64,000 bases of DNA from Eledone cirrhosa. Lineage: Eukaryota. The notes below the pieces were generated by a model, which made no database searches, was not told the origin of the DNA, and saw nothing but the letters and a program-made list of their open reading frames with translations. Location: assembly GCA_964016885.1 (NCBI GenBank), contig OZ024740.1, forward strand, positions 89,714,001 through 89,778,000, written 5' to 3'. Both the position numbers and the translations under genes were made by a program. Shown piece after piece: positions 1 through 13,800 of the stretch (position 1 is its first letter; each line of letters starts with the position of its first letter).

Positions 1-2150
1 CTCCAACAATGAAGCTATCTGGCGAATCTTTGGAGTTGATATCCACCAACGCCACCCAACAGTGGTCAACGTCGCAGATCATCTGGAAAATGGACAGAGA
101 GTGTACTTCACCAAGATCACTGCTCATCAGTTGGCACAAACATCACATGACACTACACTAACTGCTTTCTTTAAACTCTGCCAGAATGATGAATTTGCTT
201 GATCCCTCCAATATGCTGAAGTCCCAACATACTACACCTGGACCAATTGCAAGGCATGGAATCGAAGAAAGCAGGGTCATTTAGTGGAAGGTCATGAAGC
301 CAAGTCAAGTGATGCTATTGGGCATGGTTACAATGTCCATCCCAACAATAGAGAATGTTTTAATTTACGGCTACTTCTGCATACTTTTCGAGGACCAACA
401 TCATGTGAGGATCTTAGGTGCTTCAGAAGAAGGGAGTGCGCAACATACCAAGAAGCATGTAAACAGCATGTACTCCTGCACGACAATGGACACTGGAAGA
501 AGTGCCTAGAAGAAGCAGCAATCACTCAAGTAGCCAGTCAAATAAGACAATTATTTGCTATTATGCTCACAGCACGTGGAATTGATGAAGCTCATCTAAT
601 CTGGCAGGAGTACCAAAACAATGTCGGACGACTCTCTACACCTAGCCCGAAGACATCATGGCAATATGTATATAGAATATACCCCTAGGATTTACAATCA
701 AGCTCTCTGTGACCTGTGCCATCGAGTTCAGGCAATGAATAGCACATTAGCTCACTGCGGGATGCCAGAGACAGATGAAGAAATGGAGGTAGCACAAGAC
801 ATGTTTCAGGAGACAAACTACGATATTCAAGTATTGCGTAAGTTTGTGGAGGAAGATGAACCTGGATTGATGGATGACCAGAAATACGACTTCCACAACA
901 TCATCGAAAACATTCAAAATGACAGGGGAGGATTTTCTTCATCGATGCTACTGCTGGCACAGGCAAGACATTCCTCATAAACCTTCTGCTTGCAAAAGTT
1001 CGCCAAAAGCAACATATTGCCTTTGCTGTGGATTTCAAGTGGCATTGCAACAACACTTCTGGATGAGGGAAGTGCTGCACACTCCATGTTTAAGCTGCCC
1101 ATAGATCTCACACGCCATGAACACTCTTTTTGCAACACCAAGAAGAACTCACCAAAGGGTAAGCTTCTGCACACATGCAAGATGATATTTTAGGAATAAG
1201 CTACTATGAGCCATAGCGGAGCAATTGAAGCTTTGGCCCGAAATTTAAGGGATCTGAGAGAAAATAGTTGCATAATGGGAGGAGTGATTTCAGATGAACT
1301 CTGCCTGTAATTATTCGAGGGACTCGAGCTCATCAGGTCAATGCCTGTCTGAAAACATCCTATCTCTGGTCTCACTTACAGCTGCTAAGCCTTACAACCG
1401 ACATGCGAGTGCACTAAACTGGTGATGAAGATGTCAGTGAGTTTGCCATCCAACTACTTTAATTGGGAAATGGACTGCTTGAAAAGGATTCCAATGACCA
1501 TATTCAGTTGTCATTTGGCCATATCATTGACACAGAACAAGAAATGATTGCCAGAGTGTTTCCAAACATTCAGACCAAGCAATGTGATCAGAAATGGCTC
1601 TGTGAACGAGCAATCTTAGCACCTAAAAATGTTGCTGTGAAAGAAATCAACAGAAGGATATGTTACCGGGAGACAAAATATGCTACAAATCAGTTGACAC
1701 AATCACTTCTCAAGACCAGGTTGTAAACTATCCAACTGAATTTTTGAATAGTCTGGAGCATCTTCGCAATGTGGATCCTCTAAAACTTTGTCATGCACAA
1801 GACTCATCATCAAAACTATGATGTCCAATGTTCTAGAAGTTACAATCATGTGAGGAAAATTTGCTGGTGACAATTGTTTCATTCCCAGAATACCTCTGAA
1901 GCCAACTGATTTGCAATTTGAATTTCAAAGACTTCAATTTCCGATCAGGCTCAGTTTTGCCATGACCATTAATAAATCTCAAGGGCAATCATTGAAAGTC
2001 GTTGGGTTGAATCTGGCAGATCCTCTCTTTTCACATGGTCAACTTTATGTTGGCACAACAAGTGTTGGGAACCCTGATTGTCTCTTCATTGTGGCACCAC
2101 ATGGCAAAACCAAAACCAATAATGTTGTATATCCAGAGGCTTCAGAATGA
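1..2150 (+). pseudogene. Helitron Rep/helicase (PIF1-like helicase) C-terminal part, frameshifted and with stops; 5' part lies outside the window
   Basis: Broken frames give Helitron RepHel motifs: IWRIFG..IHQRHPTV..HLENGQRVYF, TTLTAFFKLCQND, RLLLH..RGPTS.EDLR, Walker A FIDATAGTGKTFLINLLLA (~938-995), GIATTLL..G..AHSMFKLPI, RAILAPKN, RLQFPIRLSFAMTINKSQGQSL, FSHGQLYV, NVVYPEA*. Confidence 0.93.
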
Positions 2151-2296
2151 GCAATGTCGCAATTCCTCATTCAATGACAATACACACATGTCCTAAGTCC
2201 TTAGTCATGTAGTTTGAAAGGGATTCTAAAGCCGTAAATTTACTGCATGGTGTTACTTTACAAGAATATGCAGGCATTCCCGGGTACCTCTGCTAT
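1..2296 (+). mobile_element. Helitron (autonomous type, decayed), 3' portion
   Basis: RepHel remnant followed ~130 bp later by a degenerate 3' terminus (GCAGGCATTCCCGGGTA..GCTAT; CTAG expected). Confidence 0.85.
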
Positions 2297-3084
2297 ATAA
2301 AGTAGTATAAGTGAGGATTTTGTTGGGTAGAAATAACAGCCAAATTTCGTTTAAATTTCACCTTACTTTCTCAGGTATGTATATATGTATGAAGCAAAGA
2401 GGAATGGTTCTATGTGATAACTGGATCTACTAGAACTATTAGCAAAATCCATTTCAAATCACAAACAACTGTCTTACACACATGCATGTGTGTGTATGTA
2501 TCTATGTATGTCATGTGAGCCACTATAACTGTTGGTATAGCTAATAGAAATAGAAAACAAATCTCCCTCAAACAAGATCCTGCTGCCATAGGGCAAAGAT
2601 TGGTGAAAACTACAGTGTACACATTTAAATGCAGTTTCCCCGAATTACAGAAATGAGTAAGTAAATGCTTCATTCAATCATAAACAAATGCTAAATTTAT
2701 TTTCTCATTTTATTTATAATTTTTAAAATAGTCTTTACATGTTTGAATTTCAGAGGTTCAGATTGAGAAATAGGGGGAAAAAAAAGAAAGAGAAGGATAA
2801 ATAAAAAAAATCTAAATGTATTTTTTGGGTCATGTCCTTTTCACTGACAACATACCTAATGATTTATCTATGAGTAAATCATTATATATATGCTGACTGT
2901 AATAGGGAGCAGTATTCTAAAAATCCCCACTGGAAAAAATAATATTTTTATCTAGAGGATTTACTTTGACCAAACGGCAATATATATTCTGCTATAATTC
3001 CTACTTTGGTTAAAATTCAGCAATCATATTTGAATGGTCAAATATTTTGTAATGTGTGCCAAATATATTGTAATTTTCATAAAA

Positions 3085-3114
3085 TACCCGGGTATCACAG
3101 GGTAGCTCAGCTAG
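3085..3114 (+). mobile_element. Helitron 3' terminus (hairpin + CTAG)
   Basis: TACCC-GGGTATCACA-GGGTA hairpin, 6 nt, then CTAG followed by T; same layout as the terminus at 59828-59855. Confidence 0.6.
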
Positions 3115-3207
3115 TTCTATATACAATGATATTCTACTCGAAAATAAAATAACATGATTGTAACAACACGAAACTACAGTCACAAGAGTAGCAACATTAT
3201 TGGCCAC

Positions 3208-3334
3208 AGTAGTAGTTGTAGTATGAAGAGTAGTAGTAGTAGTAATAGTAGTAGTAGTAGTAGTAGTAGCAGCAGCAGCAGCAGCAGCAGCTGCAGCGGT
3301 AGTGGTAGTAGCAGTAGTAGTAGTAGTAGTAGTG

Positions 3335-3377
<43 letters not shown>

Positions 3378-3403
3378 CAGCAGCAGCAGCAGCAGAAGCA
3401 GCA
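3208..3403. repeat. Compound (AGT)n/(AGC)n trinucleotide microsatellite
   Basis: Direct reading; the poly-S/T/L ORFs here are artefacts. Confidence 0.97.
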
Positions 3404-4372
3404 TCAATGATAAACTGAAACTCATCCCGATCCATTATAATTGAAATATTATCAGGAAAAAGTATTTACAAAATTGGAAATGAAATGAGCACGATAGAGG
3501 CCATCACAATAAATACTAAAAGAAGAGAAAAGAAAACAAAAAAAAAAACATAAAACAATGACCGGGTTTATAATATTTGCAGTGCTAAAAAGAGGACTGC
3601 TCACACAGTTTGCGCCAAAAATGTCAAAGTTTCAGTTCAATACAATCAATGGAATTATTCACCTCCTTCACAAATATCATACTCAATATTAGAAAATGAC
3701 ACCCATCATATAGCCACCTGAATCCAAGTTTGAGGAAAACCTATTCCCGAGTCTAAAGAACTCACATGCTACGTTTGAATATCATTGGTCCTCTGGTTTT
3801 TAAGTGCATTGGAGACAAGCAAACGACCAATTTTATAGTGATGTATGTACACACATCTCAGGATCTAACTGATTAATTTAACGTGCTGTTGACTCTTGTT
3901 TGTATAGATCTCAAATCTAAATCAAATTTTGTGCAGTAAATTTACATTTTGTGTGAAATACTACATACGCTTAAATGGTAAATTGTGGTAAAAAAAATAT
4001 ATATAAGACGACTTTGCTAAAAACAGCAAATATGTTCAAATGATTTCATATACCGTTCGCTGTCGAGTATAGTAATATTCGCTATATTATACTAAAGAAG
4101 AGAAATAAATAGAAATATATAGAAATATTTTTGTTAATAAGATAATAGAACCGTGTGGAAATGGAAGCACCAATGGAAACATAAGTTTTAAATCCCCGAA
4201 GCGGTTTATGAAAGTATTGAAGAAGACAAGAAAACACACTTCGATCTTCCGACGTTGAAGAAGCTCCTAACAGAAGAAACCGTCACCGAGTCATCATTTT
4301 TCTTACCTGTTGTACAAACCTGGCTGGACACAGAACACTGCACAAACATTCTAAACGTTCTATAGAGTTATG

Positions 4373-4516
4373 AAATAATTGTTTTTACTTTAGGCACAAG
4401 GCCAGCAAATACTGGTGCATTACTGGTACTTTATTTTATCGACCCCGTAAGGATGAAAAGCAAAGTTAACCTCAGCGGGATTTGAAATCAGAATGGCAAG
4501 GGCCGTAACTCTATGC
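4373..4516 (-). mobile_element. tRNA-derived SINE, 5'-truncated (same family as 43259-43955)
   Basis: Reverse complement has a B-box-like TTCAAATCCC, core CTTTTCATCCTTACGGGGTCGATAAAATAAAGTACCAGT and tail GCTGGCCTTGTGCC..AACAATTATT. Confidence 0.85.
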
Positions 4517-4979
4517 GTCATGAATGAGCCATATATGACTAACATCATGAAGTAATGTCAGTTTCAATAGGAGATAAAACCCCTCCATCCTTTTGAAGGA
4601 AACACAAGAAAAATGACTCTATAAATCCTGGAAAACTGTAAGTCCGGTATTGGAAAAGAAAAACACAAGGGATTTACACTTCAAATTCACTATTCTCCTT
4701 TTACTTTGCTCCACTTTTCAAATTAAATGACACGACGGTTCAGTTATATTGAAATATTGTAAGCGCGTCCATTGAGAATATCGTTACGATGTATGCAGAA
4801 ATGTAAAACAAATATTTATATCCCAGACAGAAATGTAAACTTTTATTTCTATATATATCTTTTATATAATTGTCTGCTGGTGGATTTTGTATTTCGCTCT
4901 ATATCTTCACCATTAACAAGAGGAAGGCAACGACGACAACAGTGACATTAACAACAACACCTCTACTATTAACAAGAGG

Positions 4980-5802
4980 AATCCAACCCCAGCATCAGTG
5001 ATCACCTCCAGCCACAAAGTCCTATGACAAACAGCTAAGTTGCCCGTATGTTTTCGTGCGGCCTCCGAACCCCACAGTGGTGCCTGGCTCCATGGCCTGC
5101 CCTCCTTCTCCACTGGCACGCAGCTAGTCAAACACAGCCTGCGCATCGGCGTTTCCCTGAGGCTCTGCCTCCGGATCTGCCTGCCACACCAATGTCGCTG
5201 CGGTTCCATTGTGGACTCTTTCGGCCTCCACCCGATTTCCTGCCGGCCGCATTCCATGCCATGCTGCCCTCAACGAGGTCATTAAGCATGGCTTGGACCC
5301 AGCAGGCTTCCCTTCCCAGATCGAGCCAGTGGGGCTCGATCGAGGGGACGGCAAAAGGCCAGATGGCATGACCGTCTTTCCGTTCCGCGGTGGCAAACCC
5401 CTCGTCTGGGATGCCACTTGCACCGACATTTACCTGCAGCCGCAACCTGGTGCAGTCTGCGACTCACCCAGATTCTGCTGCACGTCGGGATGAGGGGGCC
5501 AAACTCCTCAAATACCGGTCGCTCTCCGATAGGTTTGAGGTCGTACCCCTGTCAGTGGAGACTTCTGGTGTCCTCGACCCAAGGGCTACCTCCTTTCTCA
5601 CCGCCATAGGCGCTGAGCTGGCCAGCCGCAGGTGTGTGCCCCGCAATTTGGAGCGGCTTTTCAAGCGCGTCTCCATTGCCGTCCTCCGGGGAAACGCCTT
5701 CTCTATTCTGTCCGCCGAGGCTGTGGGTGTGCTCATCGCGTATCAGGCCGTTAAACAAAGTACCAATCCGAAATAGATGTCGATTCTCAACAAAAAAAAA
5801 AA
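4980..5802 (+). mobile_element. CRE-clade non-LTR retrotransposon 3' fragment (zinc knuckle + restriction-enzyme-like endonuclease), decayed
   Basis: GC-rich island reading [71 protein letters not shown]; A-tract at ~5792-5802. Confidence 0.85.
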
Positions 5803-5804
5803 TA

Positions 5805-5837
<33 letters not shown>

Positions 5838-7367
5838 GCATATTGTAGTTAATTACTAAAACAATATAACAACCTTTTGGTTCGTCTCATAATATTGTAT
5901 ACATCATTGAAATATTGGTCGTAAAGTATCGTTATAGGTTACGCAGTATTTTGAAGGTTGCTTAAATGCTTCATCACAAATTAATATTTATAACGAGTGC
6001 TCCAGACCATGTCTGTCAGACACTAAACACGTAAATGCAATCATGCAACATTCAAAATATGCAAACATCAACCGCTAAATACCCCCGCATCCCTTACTTC
6101 AATCATGGTAGATGATAGAGAAAACACTATCAACTCCAGAAATAATATAAAACACTCGACAACGCAAAAGGTAATTAGGTAAAATAGAACAAGTGAACAT
6201 TTTCAAAAAGCAATGTTACATGAGGAACATGGGCAGAAACTGCATCAGGTGTCACAATAAAAACTAACTTACAGAGAATTATATTAGGATAATGAATAAA
6301 TAATAACATATTTCGTATAAGTTTATTTTCTAATAAATTACCATGAATTGATTCCATTATGTGGTTACCTCCTGCCCTTTAGAGATATGTACAATTGTAA
6401 TGAAGCGGAATGTATTAAATAAATTACAAAATATGATGATCTCGTGAAGAAACAATTAATCCTAATGCTACTGGCTAATTTCACGTAGTTGAAAAATATC
6501 TACAGGTATTACATACTTTATTATTCATGCTGGCTTTATGAAAATGTAGAGATGATCACTGTTAGTGAATGAGATATCTACCTCACCTGATGTAATCTAC
6601 AGATAACTATATTAATCGGCCAGTTATTGTTGTCAAACTTCCTCAGAAAACTCCTGCCGAAAAATTAATAATTGTTTCTACGTTTGGCACCCGACACTAC
6701 GACAGATTAATATGACACCAACTGTAAATCTTTATATATATATATATAATAATAAGGTTTGACGGACCCGGCATATTTATCAATGCCAGTACCGGTTGTA
6801 TCTCAGCGCACTCAATGGACAATGTAAGATACATTACCAGAGTATACACATAGTTATTTGCCTCAACACACGTAAAACGGGTGCCTATAAGGAACCCGGA
6901 CTCGAGTTTCTGCCGCACTAATGCAGCAGTAAGGTGCACTCCACCATCTGTCTGCATATATTATGCAACAATGCACAATCGGCTTATGCAGCTTCATCAG
7001 AGGGTATCGCCTAATCAATAACCAATCGATCGACAGAAGCCAAACACTGGCCCATACCGGTCATGACTGTTTGTGACAACCGACACGGTAAAGCGATTAG
7101 CAACTGGCAACTGATAGGACTCTATCTCTCAACTAGCCACTGATTTATAAATTTTACGTGGGTACGGGAAGCTAAAAAGAATCAATAGTTTAGTTGCGGG
7201 CAGAAGCAGTCAGCCAACGTGTCTCACACACAAATTATCAAGTGGTGAAAAGATGGTTCTTAGAAATAGCAGTTCACATTGATTTAAAATAGAATGGTAG
7301 CATTCGGTTCATGTCTCCAAGCCCCATGGCTAGAGGAAAGCGATGGTAACAATAGTAGTGCCAAGAA

Positions 7368-7534
7368 CCGTTTCGACGGCTATTTCTGGACTAATGTTTT
7401 AGTCCAGAAATAGCCGTCGAAACGGCTTGAGCTCTGCCGTTGGGGTTAAACATTATTACCCACTCTACTACCCTAAATATTGAGTACTATGGTGCGTTAT
7501 GGTCCGTCTTGTTCCTTACTACACATCCTTCGTG

Positions 7535-7536
<2 letters not shown>
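7368..7536 (+). repeat. Terminal segment of an unclassified TA-associated repeat family (also 36259-36397 and 63253-63320) with a 27-bp 5' inversion
   Basis: Arms 7368-7394 and 7399-7425 are reverse complements; GCCGTCGAAACGGCTTGAG..CCACTCTACTACC..TATTGAGTACT.TGGTGCGTTATGGTCC is shared with 36259-36397; ends in (TA)n. Confidence 0.75.
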
Positions 7537-7585
<49 letters not shown>

Positions 7586-7597
7586 GCTGTGTGTGTG

Positions 7598-7681
7598 CTG
7601 GGTGTTTCATTAAAAGTATACACACCTCAACCGCAGATAACTCAGGTAATGAAAGAATGTATACATTTTGGGTTCACCCTG
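7598..7681. mobile_element. Possible Tc1/mariner-like micro-MITE remnant
   Basis: Left end CTGGGTG..AAAAGTATACA vs reverse-complemented right end CAGGGTG..AAAATGTATACA; TA follows the right end. Confidence 0.35.
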
Positions 7682-7730
7682 TATATATATATATTTATAT
7701 ATATATATTTATATAGTCGAGTGTTTTGTA

Positions 7731-7902
7731 TCAGCTACCACTGGAACAAAAAATGAAGTTGTTCATCTAGCACGTGGTTTCTCATGAGGGTATTTAAAAA
7801 CCGAATATTAATAATATTATGATATCATTGTTATATTATGTTATTCATTGTATACCACGTAGTAGATGAACAACTTCATTTTTTTGTTCCAATGGTAGCT
7901 GA
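7731..7902. repeat. Local inverted duplication (~48-bp arms)
   Basis: 7731-7778 TCAGCTACCACTGGAACAAAAAATGAAGTTGTTCATCTAGCACGTGGT is the near reverse complement of 7854-7902. Confidence 0.8.
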
Positions 7903-10761
7903 GAGAAAATATTCGATAATATTGTTTCGGAGTGACTTGCATCTTATCAACATTGTGCATTCTCCTGTCTACTATATCACTGGAACTGCTGAGAATATAT
8001 ATTATTCTCAAATGTATACATCGGCTGATTTGCCTCATTTGGATAGCGAGCGAAAATAGTTTTTGCTCTTAACCTGGTATAATATCTGCTTTGTTTCTTG
8101 CAATAAAAATCAGAGATCTATAAAAAAAAAGTTAATGTGGCTGCGGACTAAAAATGGTTTACCAAAACATTTTTCATGCATCTTCGGTTTTGAGAAGTGT
8201 TTAATTGATTCATTGTGCTGAATGTTTACAATTGCTTTATAGAATCTCTTTTTCATCATATTCCAACCCACGATAAAATCAGGGGTTGAATCTATTGCGC
8301 ATAAAAGGGAGGTAATATCATTTTAGCGGTGATTTTTCTGAATATTTTTCAAATGTAGTGCAGGCAATTTACTAACTTCTTTGACTTTCCAATTCGTTTC
8401 AAATATATCTTAATATTTGCATCTACGTCTCCTGTAACTCACGACGAATTGTGCGAGAAGAACGGTGTTCTTAGTGTCATTACCACCGCTGCTGGGGAGG
8501 ATGTGAAAGTTACACTCTTTCTATGGGTTGCTAATTCTCTGTTTTAGACGATGGAAGTTTGTGGTTTCTTCCTATTCATAATGTTGCATATGTTGCTGCT
8601 GATATTTCATATTTTTCTTTTTATTGCTGTTTATGATTTAAAAGTATTCAACGCATTCACATATCCGAATGTAATATTTCAGATTTCTCCTTGTTACTAT
8701 AGAATAACTCGTGGTTTTATAGATGCAAACGCCCAGGTAGATTTATGTTTCCCGATGATTATATTGGTCTATTTCAAACAAATCCACAGATTTGGGAAGT
8801 CAATTCACAAGGTTTGTTACATTAAGTCGTATATTGTATCATATGTAATACTTTCTCTATGAAGCAATTTTAGGCATGAACTTACATTTGAAGAACCCTC
8901 TCACCTAATTTTATTTCCATTTTTGGAAATAAATTATATGAAATTATTCAATTATGTTTCTCTCTATTGAATACTATATAAATCGAATACTGATAAATGA
9001 ATTGCCAACCATCTCTCTTCAACGCCAAATTGACTATCTGGGGGAATATTCTCTTTTCCAATTCGTTGAAATGTGATATTCTATTTCGAATGCTAAAATG
9101 ACGAAGTCGACATTGGTCTCTGGAAATATCTATTCACATTAACCGGCTTTCTTTCCGCTTTTCTTTTTTTTAATTATGATTTAACTATTACGATTTCAAC
9201 TACTCTTTAATGCCTTATTGTTTTTTATCAACATTGTTATTCCAATGCCTCGTATAATTTATTAAACTTTTCAACAAATTCCTTCCAGCCGTGAGCATTC
9301 TTTGTTTTCAGCAAGCGATATTCCTCTAAAACATTATCCCAAATCTCGGCTTATATGACGTTTGTGTTACTTACGTGATATCAATCTAAACTTCGTACCG
9401 TCGAAGTGTGGCTTATGTCAAAATGTTCTATGATTCTTTAATATTGGCTACAATTTGCTAGCAGTCAACTTTTAAAGAGGCAATTTAACTAAAACTACAA
9501 AGCAATGTTTGGTTTTCGAAATGTATCCATCAGCATTCATTTCATTTCAATCTAGAACCGTTTCAGATCTTGGATATGTCACAATAACTTTCCAATCACT
9601 TATTACAAACTTAGTGTTTATTCGGATCCTGTTAAAACGATAAACAAAGGAATCGGAGCGCATTTCTGAATTTGTAATTATGCACAAGTTTTCAGTGATA
9701 TGTAACCTGTCATATCACGAATTATTATTGTTTCTTGCAAATATCGCAGCCCGGAGGGATTCTTTGGGTGTCCGTAGATAGGATATCCCATTTATTAGAA
9801 AGGCGAGAATATAATCTTCACACTTCGGCGAAAAACTTAGGAACCAGCAGCAAAATATTTCACTTTAGGATTATGCAGACTCAGAAGTAGAATTATATAA
9901 GAGCCATTGCTACTGTGTTAGTCACGAAATTATTGCCTAGTAATTGGTAGAAATGAGCTAAATATGTTTCCAATGGTAATATGCGTCGCGATTTGATATC
10001 TTGATAGACAGGTATATTATTTCTGTTGAGAAGAAATTAAATCATTTCTGACATAGAGATATATATAATAAGAGTATGATAATTGAAAGAAAATAAAAGT
10101 TGAAGGATATTTCTATAGCCAGGTATACATACCATTGCATATATATATAGAATGTCATTCAACATTACATTACTGAATTCAATGGTATAGCCATCAATTC
10201 TCTGTAAGATTTATCTTTAAAGAAAACAATTATCTGTATATAACACACCACGTTGATCATATGTGAACATTTCCATTCCACAAATATTTGGTATTCGACA
10301 TCTACAGTCACCATTTTAAATGATTTTTCTTTTTTACAATTTCACATTTCCTATTACATGTAAAACGTGCCATTTTCATATAACATGAACTGCTGTGTAT
10401 ATATCCTATCAATCATTTATATGAGACATGAACTGCTGCGCATATTTGGTAATATTTTTGTACGAAACATGAAATTCTGGTGCATATTACGTTGACCTTG
10501 TCTGTTTCAGATGCATTGAATGAATGTTTATTATTACTAAAATATCCTGTTGTATATTACCTTCAATAATAATGATCCTACCATTTGAACTATAGATGGG
10601 AAAATATTAAAATTCACGCCTGTACATGTTGTCATTTTTTACTGTATTCATGGTTTTAAATTATCTGAGAAAATTCATGTTGAATTAGTTCCTACATACA
10701 CCGATGTATCACTGAATGCACAGCTATACTAAGACTCGCATTTATACATGCATGAACACCA

Positions 10762-10799
10762 TTATATATATATATCTGTGCGTGCGTGTATGTGCGTGC

Positions 10800-10874
<75 letters not shown>

Positions 10875-10886
10875 TGTGTGTATGTG
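10762..10886. repeat. Compound (TA)n-(GT)n-(GA)n microsatellite
   Basis: Direct reading. Confidence 0.95.
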
Positions 10887-13800
10887 TTTTTCAAAATATT
10901 GATCGATGTGAAAAAGGGAAAAAGGAAAACAGTGTTCAAACTTTTGTGAGAGTTGAAATATTATATTTTTATTTATGTTTTTACACTGAATAAAGAGCAC
11001 TTTCTTTTAAAGGATCCAAGGTCCAATTACTGTGATCTCTTCACATTGTGCACTGGTGTGCTACTTGGGAGAGCGATTAAGTTTGCAACCTGGTTATTTG
11101 GTACTGGGACATGTTTGAAGATACCGTTAAAAGTGTTCCATGTTAAACACTCATTTATGAAATCATTTATATATTTATTTACGTACTGTAAAAACGGGAA
11201 ATATCTCAAGGCGTAAAATTGAAATGTATATGTTTGTGTATGTGTGCTTTGTGTAACAAATGTATGAATTTATGGAATGGTATGTAATATAAAGATGTTT
11301 AATTTTATTTGCACATAGAAGGTGTATCGTTTTATGTAAATGTGGAAAATAGAAAGGTTACTTACAATGTATAGAAATCAATGTCACAGTGGTTAAAGAT
11401 CAGGTTATTTCATTGATTGTTTCAACTTAGCAAGTAGTTAGGCTTTGAGATTTTGATAGATACTAAAAATGTTTGTCTTGGAATTCAAATAATCAGTTTT
11501 CAAAGAGAAACTTCCCAAGATATTCAATTTTACACTGATATGGGCATCCTTTGGCAGGAACCTGAAACGTTAGATAGCGGATTTGTTTCAGCGCATGACC
11601 ATAGATATATGTTATAATATATGAGCACTAACAACCGATTGAGTACTGATTTTTGTTTCCCTATTTCACATCCACCGTTAGTGTACTAGGTACATATAGG
11701 CAACCTGGAAAAGTTTCAGGTGATCCATTCTAAAAAATAACAAAAACATATATATATTATCCGCCAAATCGGACAGAGTTGCAGAATAGATGTAAAGATT
11801 TTGAAGGTCATCAAAACTTGTACGTTTAGGTATAACGCACCTTACCTCTGTTCATACTGTTTATCATCATGTACCAACATGAGAATGATGGATTTTATAT
11901 CGAACGTATTACGTCGTACATGAAATAGCAAAAAACGGAAATGTAAATTAGATGAATCTAAGCTCATTATGTTTCGTTACTAAATTCAGAATGTACATTG
12001 ACATCTACACTATACCATACAACCTCATAATTGCCTACTTTGGTACAAGAACTTCAATTTGCAGGAGATTTATCTATTGAATACATATTTGTATTTGACA
12101 CACTCTTTATTTTAACAACCCTAAATGATGAGAGAAAAAATAGGGTTTGCTATGATTTAGAACTAATGTCTAAACTATTTTTAGGCAAAATACAATTATG
12201 AAACTAATACTGACCATTTCATGTGGCTAGCGTAATGATCTCGGAATGATATAAGTCAAATTCATCATCAGATATATTTGAACATTGAACGTAATTTTGT
12301 ATCTTACTGAAACATGACTTTTTACAAACGCTTCAAAGATTCTGTCAATCCACTGCTGTAATAGTAATACTGGACACATTTTTGTAGAGTGAGGTAGATG
12401 TTTTAATCGGTAAATGTAAGTGACATCTAATTAAACGTATCATGACAAATATCATCATTTGCTATTTCAAGTCACAAACTATGGGCGTTAACTAGATAGT
12501 ATACAATTGTTTTCTGCAACATTTTGTGGTATTGAGAAATAACATTCTAACAACAGAAAATATTCCTCTTCTGAAAAATGTTCAATAAAGTAGTGAGATA
12601 AATTAATGAAGGTCATTTATATTAATTAAGACACAAGGGTATTTATAATTAAGATGAACTAATTCGTACAAATCATCTATCGAGCATTGTCTAGACAGTT
12701 CTTTGGCAATTGTTTGAAATGATCCTAAATTAATTCATATCGCGGTTTTCTACTATAAACTGTTATTTGTTGGATGGGAATATTTATTTATTACCTTACA
12801 ATCTAAAGTAATATTCTTTGAAAGATTACCAATCAAAAGTAAATATTACTTTCCAATATTTCGTAACACATAACATGAAAACATTCCTGTAAATGTAATC
12901 GATTTATTTATTTGATTCGATATTACCAATTTCCCTTAGTGTTATTACATATTATATTTTCTTTATGGTGCTGTAAATATGTAAACGTTATCATTCATTC
13001 CTTAGTAATGTCTAAATATTATCCGCTAAAGGTAACAAGTTGTTTATCATGAACGATAAACGGTCCATGATGTTCGCCACTAGGTTTGCACCTACATGCA
13101 GTTGAAAATTGCATAGGAGACAATTCTTCCAACGACATGGTTACAATCTATGTGATATTTACTGAAAAGTGTATAACTTTACCACCTGACAAGAACATAA
13201 TTATGAATTAATTATAAATCAAGTCTGCAGTAAAATTGGCCACATTTACTAAAGAGAAAACAATTCATTTAAGGCTGATCTAAGTTAGTAAAATGTCATG
13301 AATGAATTGATATTTTTCAAGATGAAAACAGAAAGAGCATTAATATTATGTTAATTCCTATTTCAATGTGTTAATGAAAATCAGATTTCTACATGTATAT
13401 TTTTAGGTAACGTAACTTGAACCGTATACTGAATGGCCCGAATGCAGCAATTCTAGGGGAATTAGAGATCCCAGATTAAAGGAAGCTTGTCAGTATTTTA
13501 AAAATCAATTTATCGGAAATAATATTGTTATACACACACAAACATATATACATATAATGGGAATTTGTTTCAGCCGATTGTTCACGATAAATTCACATAA
13601 TTGGTTTTTGTCTTTTCACATTCCTTATAGACTAGTTCATTCTTGTTTATTTTAGGTAGACTTTAGAGATTACATTAGTTACAACTAAACTTGGTCCGTG
13701 AATTTTCTTACTGGTTAGACAATTCGGCTTTTTATGTAAGTGTTTACACACCTTGTGGAGTTTATATTATTTGCCTTCTTTATATGTATTATCCCGTAGC

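Noticed and set aside
3010-3444. Poly-T/S/L ORFs
   Set aside because: Trinucleotide microsatellite open in several frames
4250-4292. TTGAAGA..GAAAC hammerhead-like words
   Set aside because: No stem II or stem I pairing
10382-10500. Degenerate ~42-bp repeat ACATGAACTGCTG
   Set aside because: Only two to three poor copies; ordinary decayed tandem repeat
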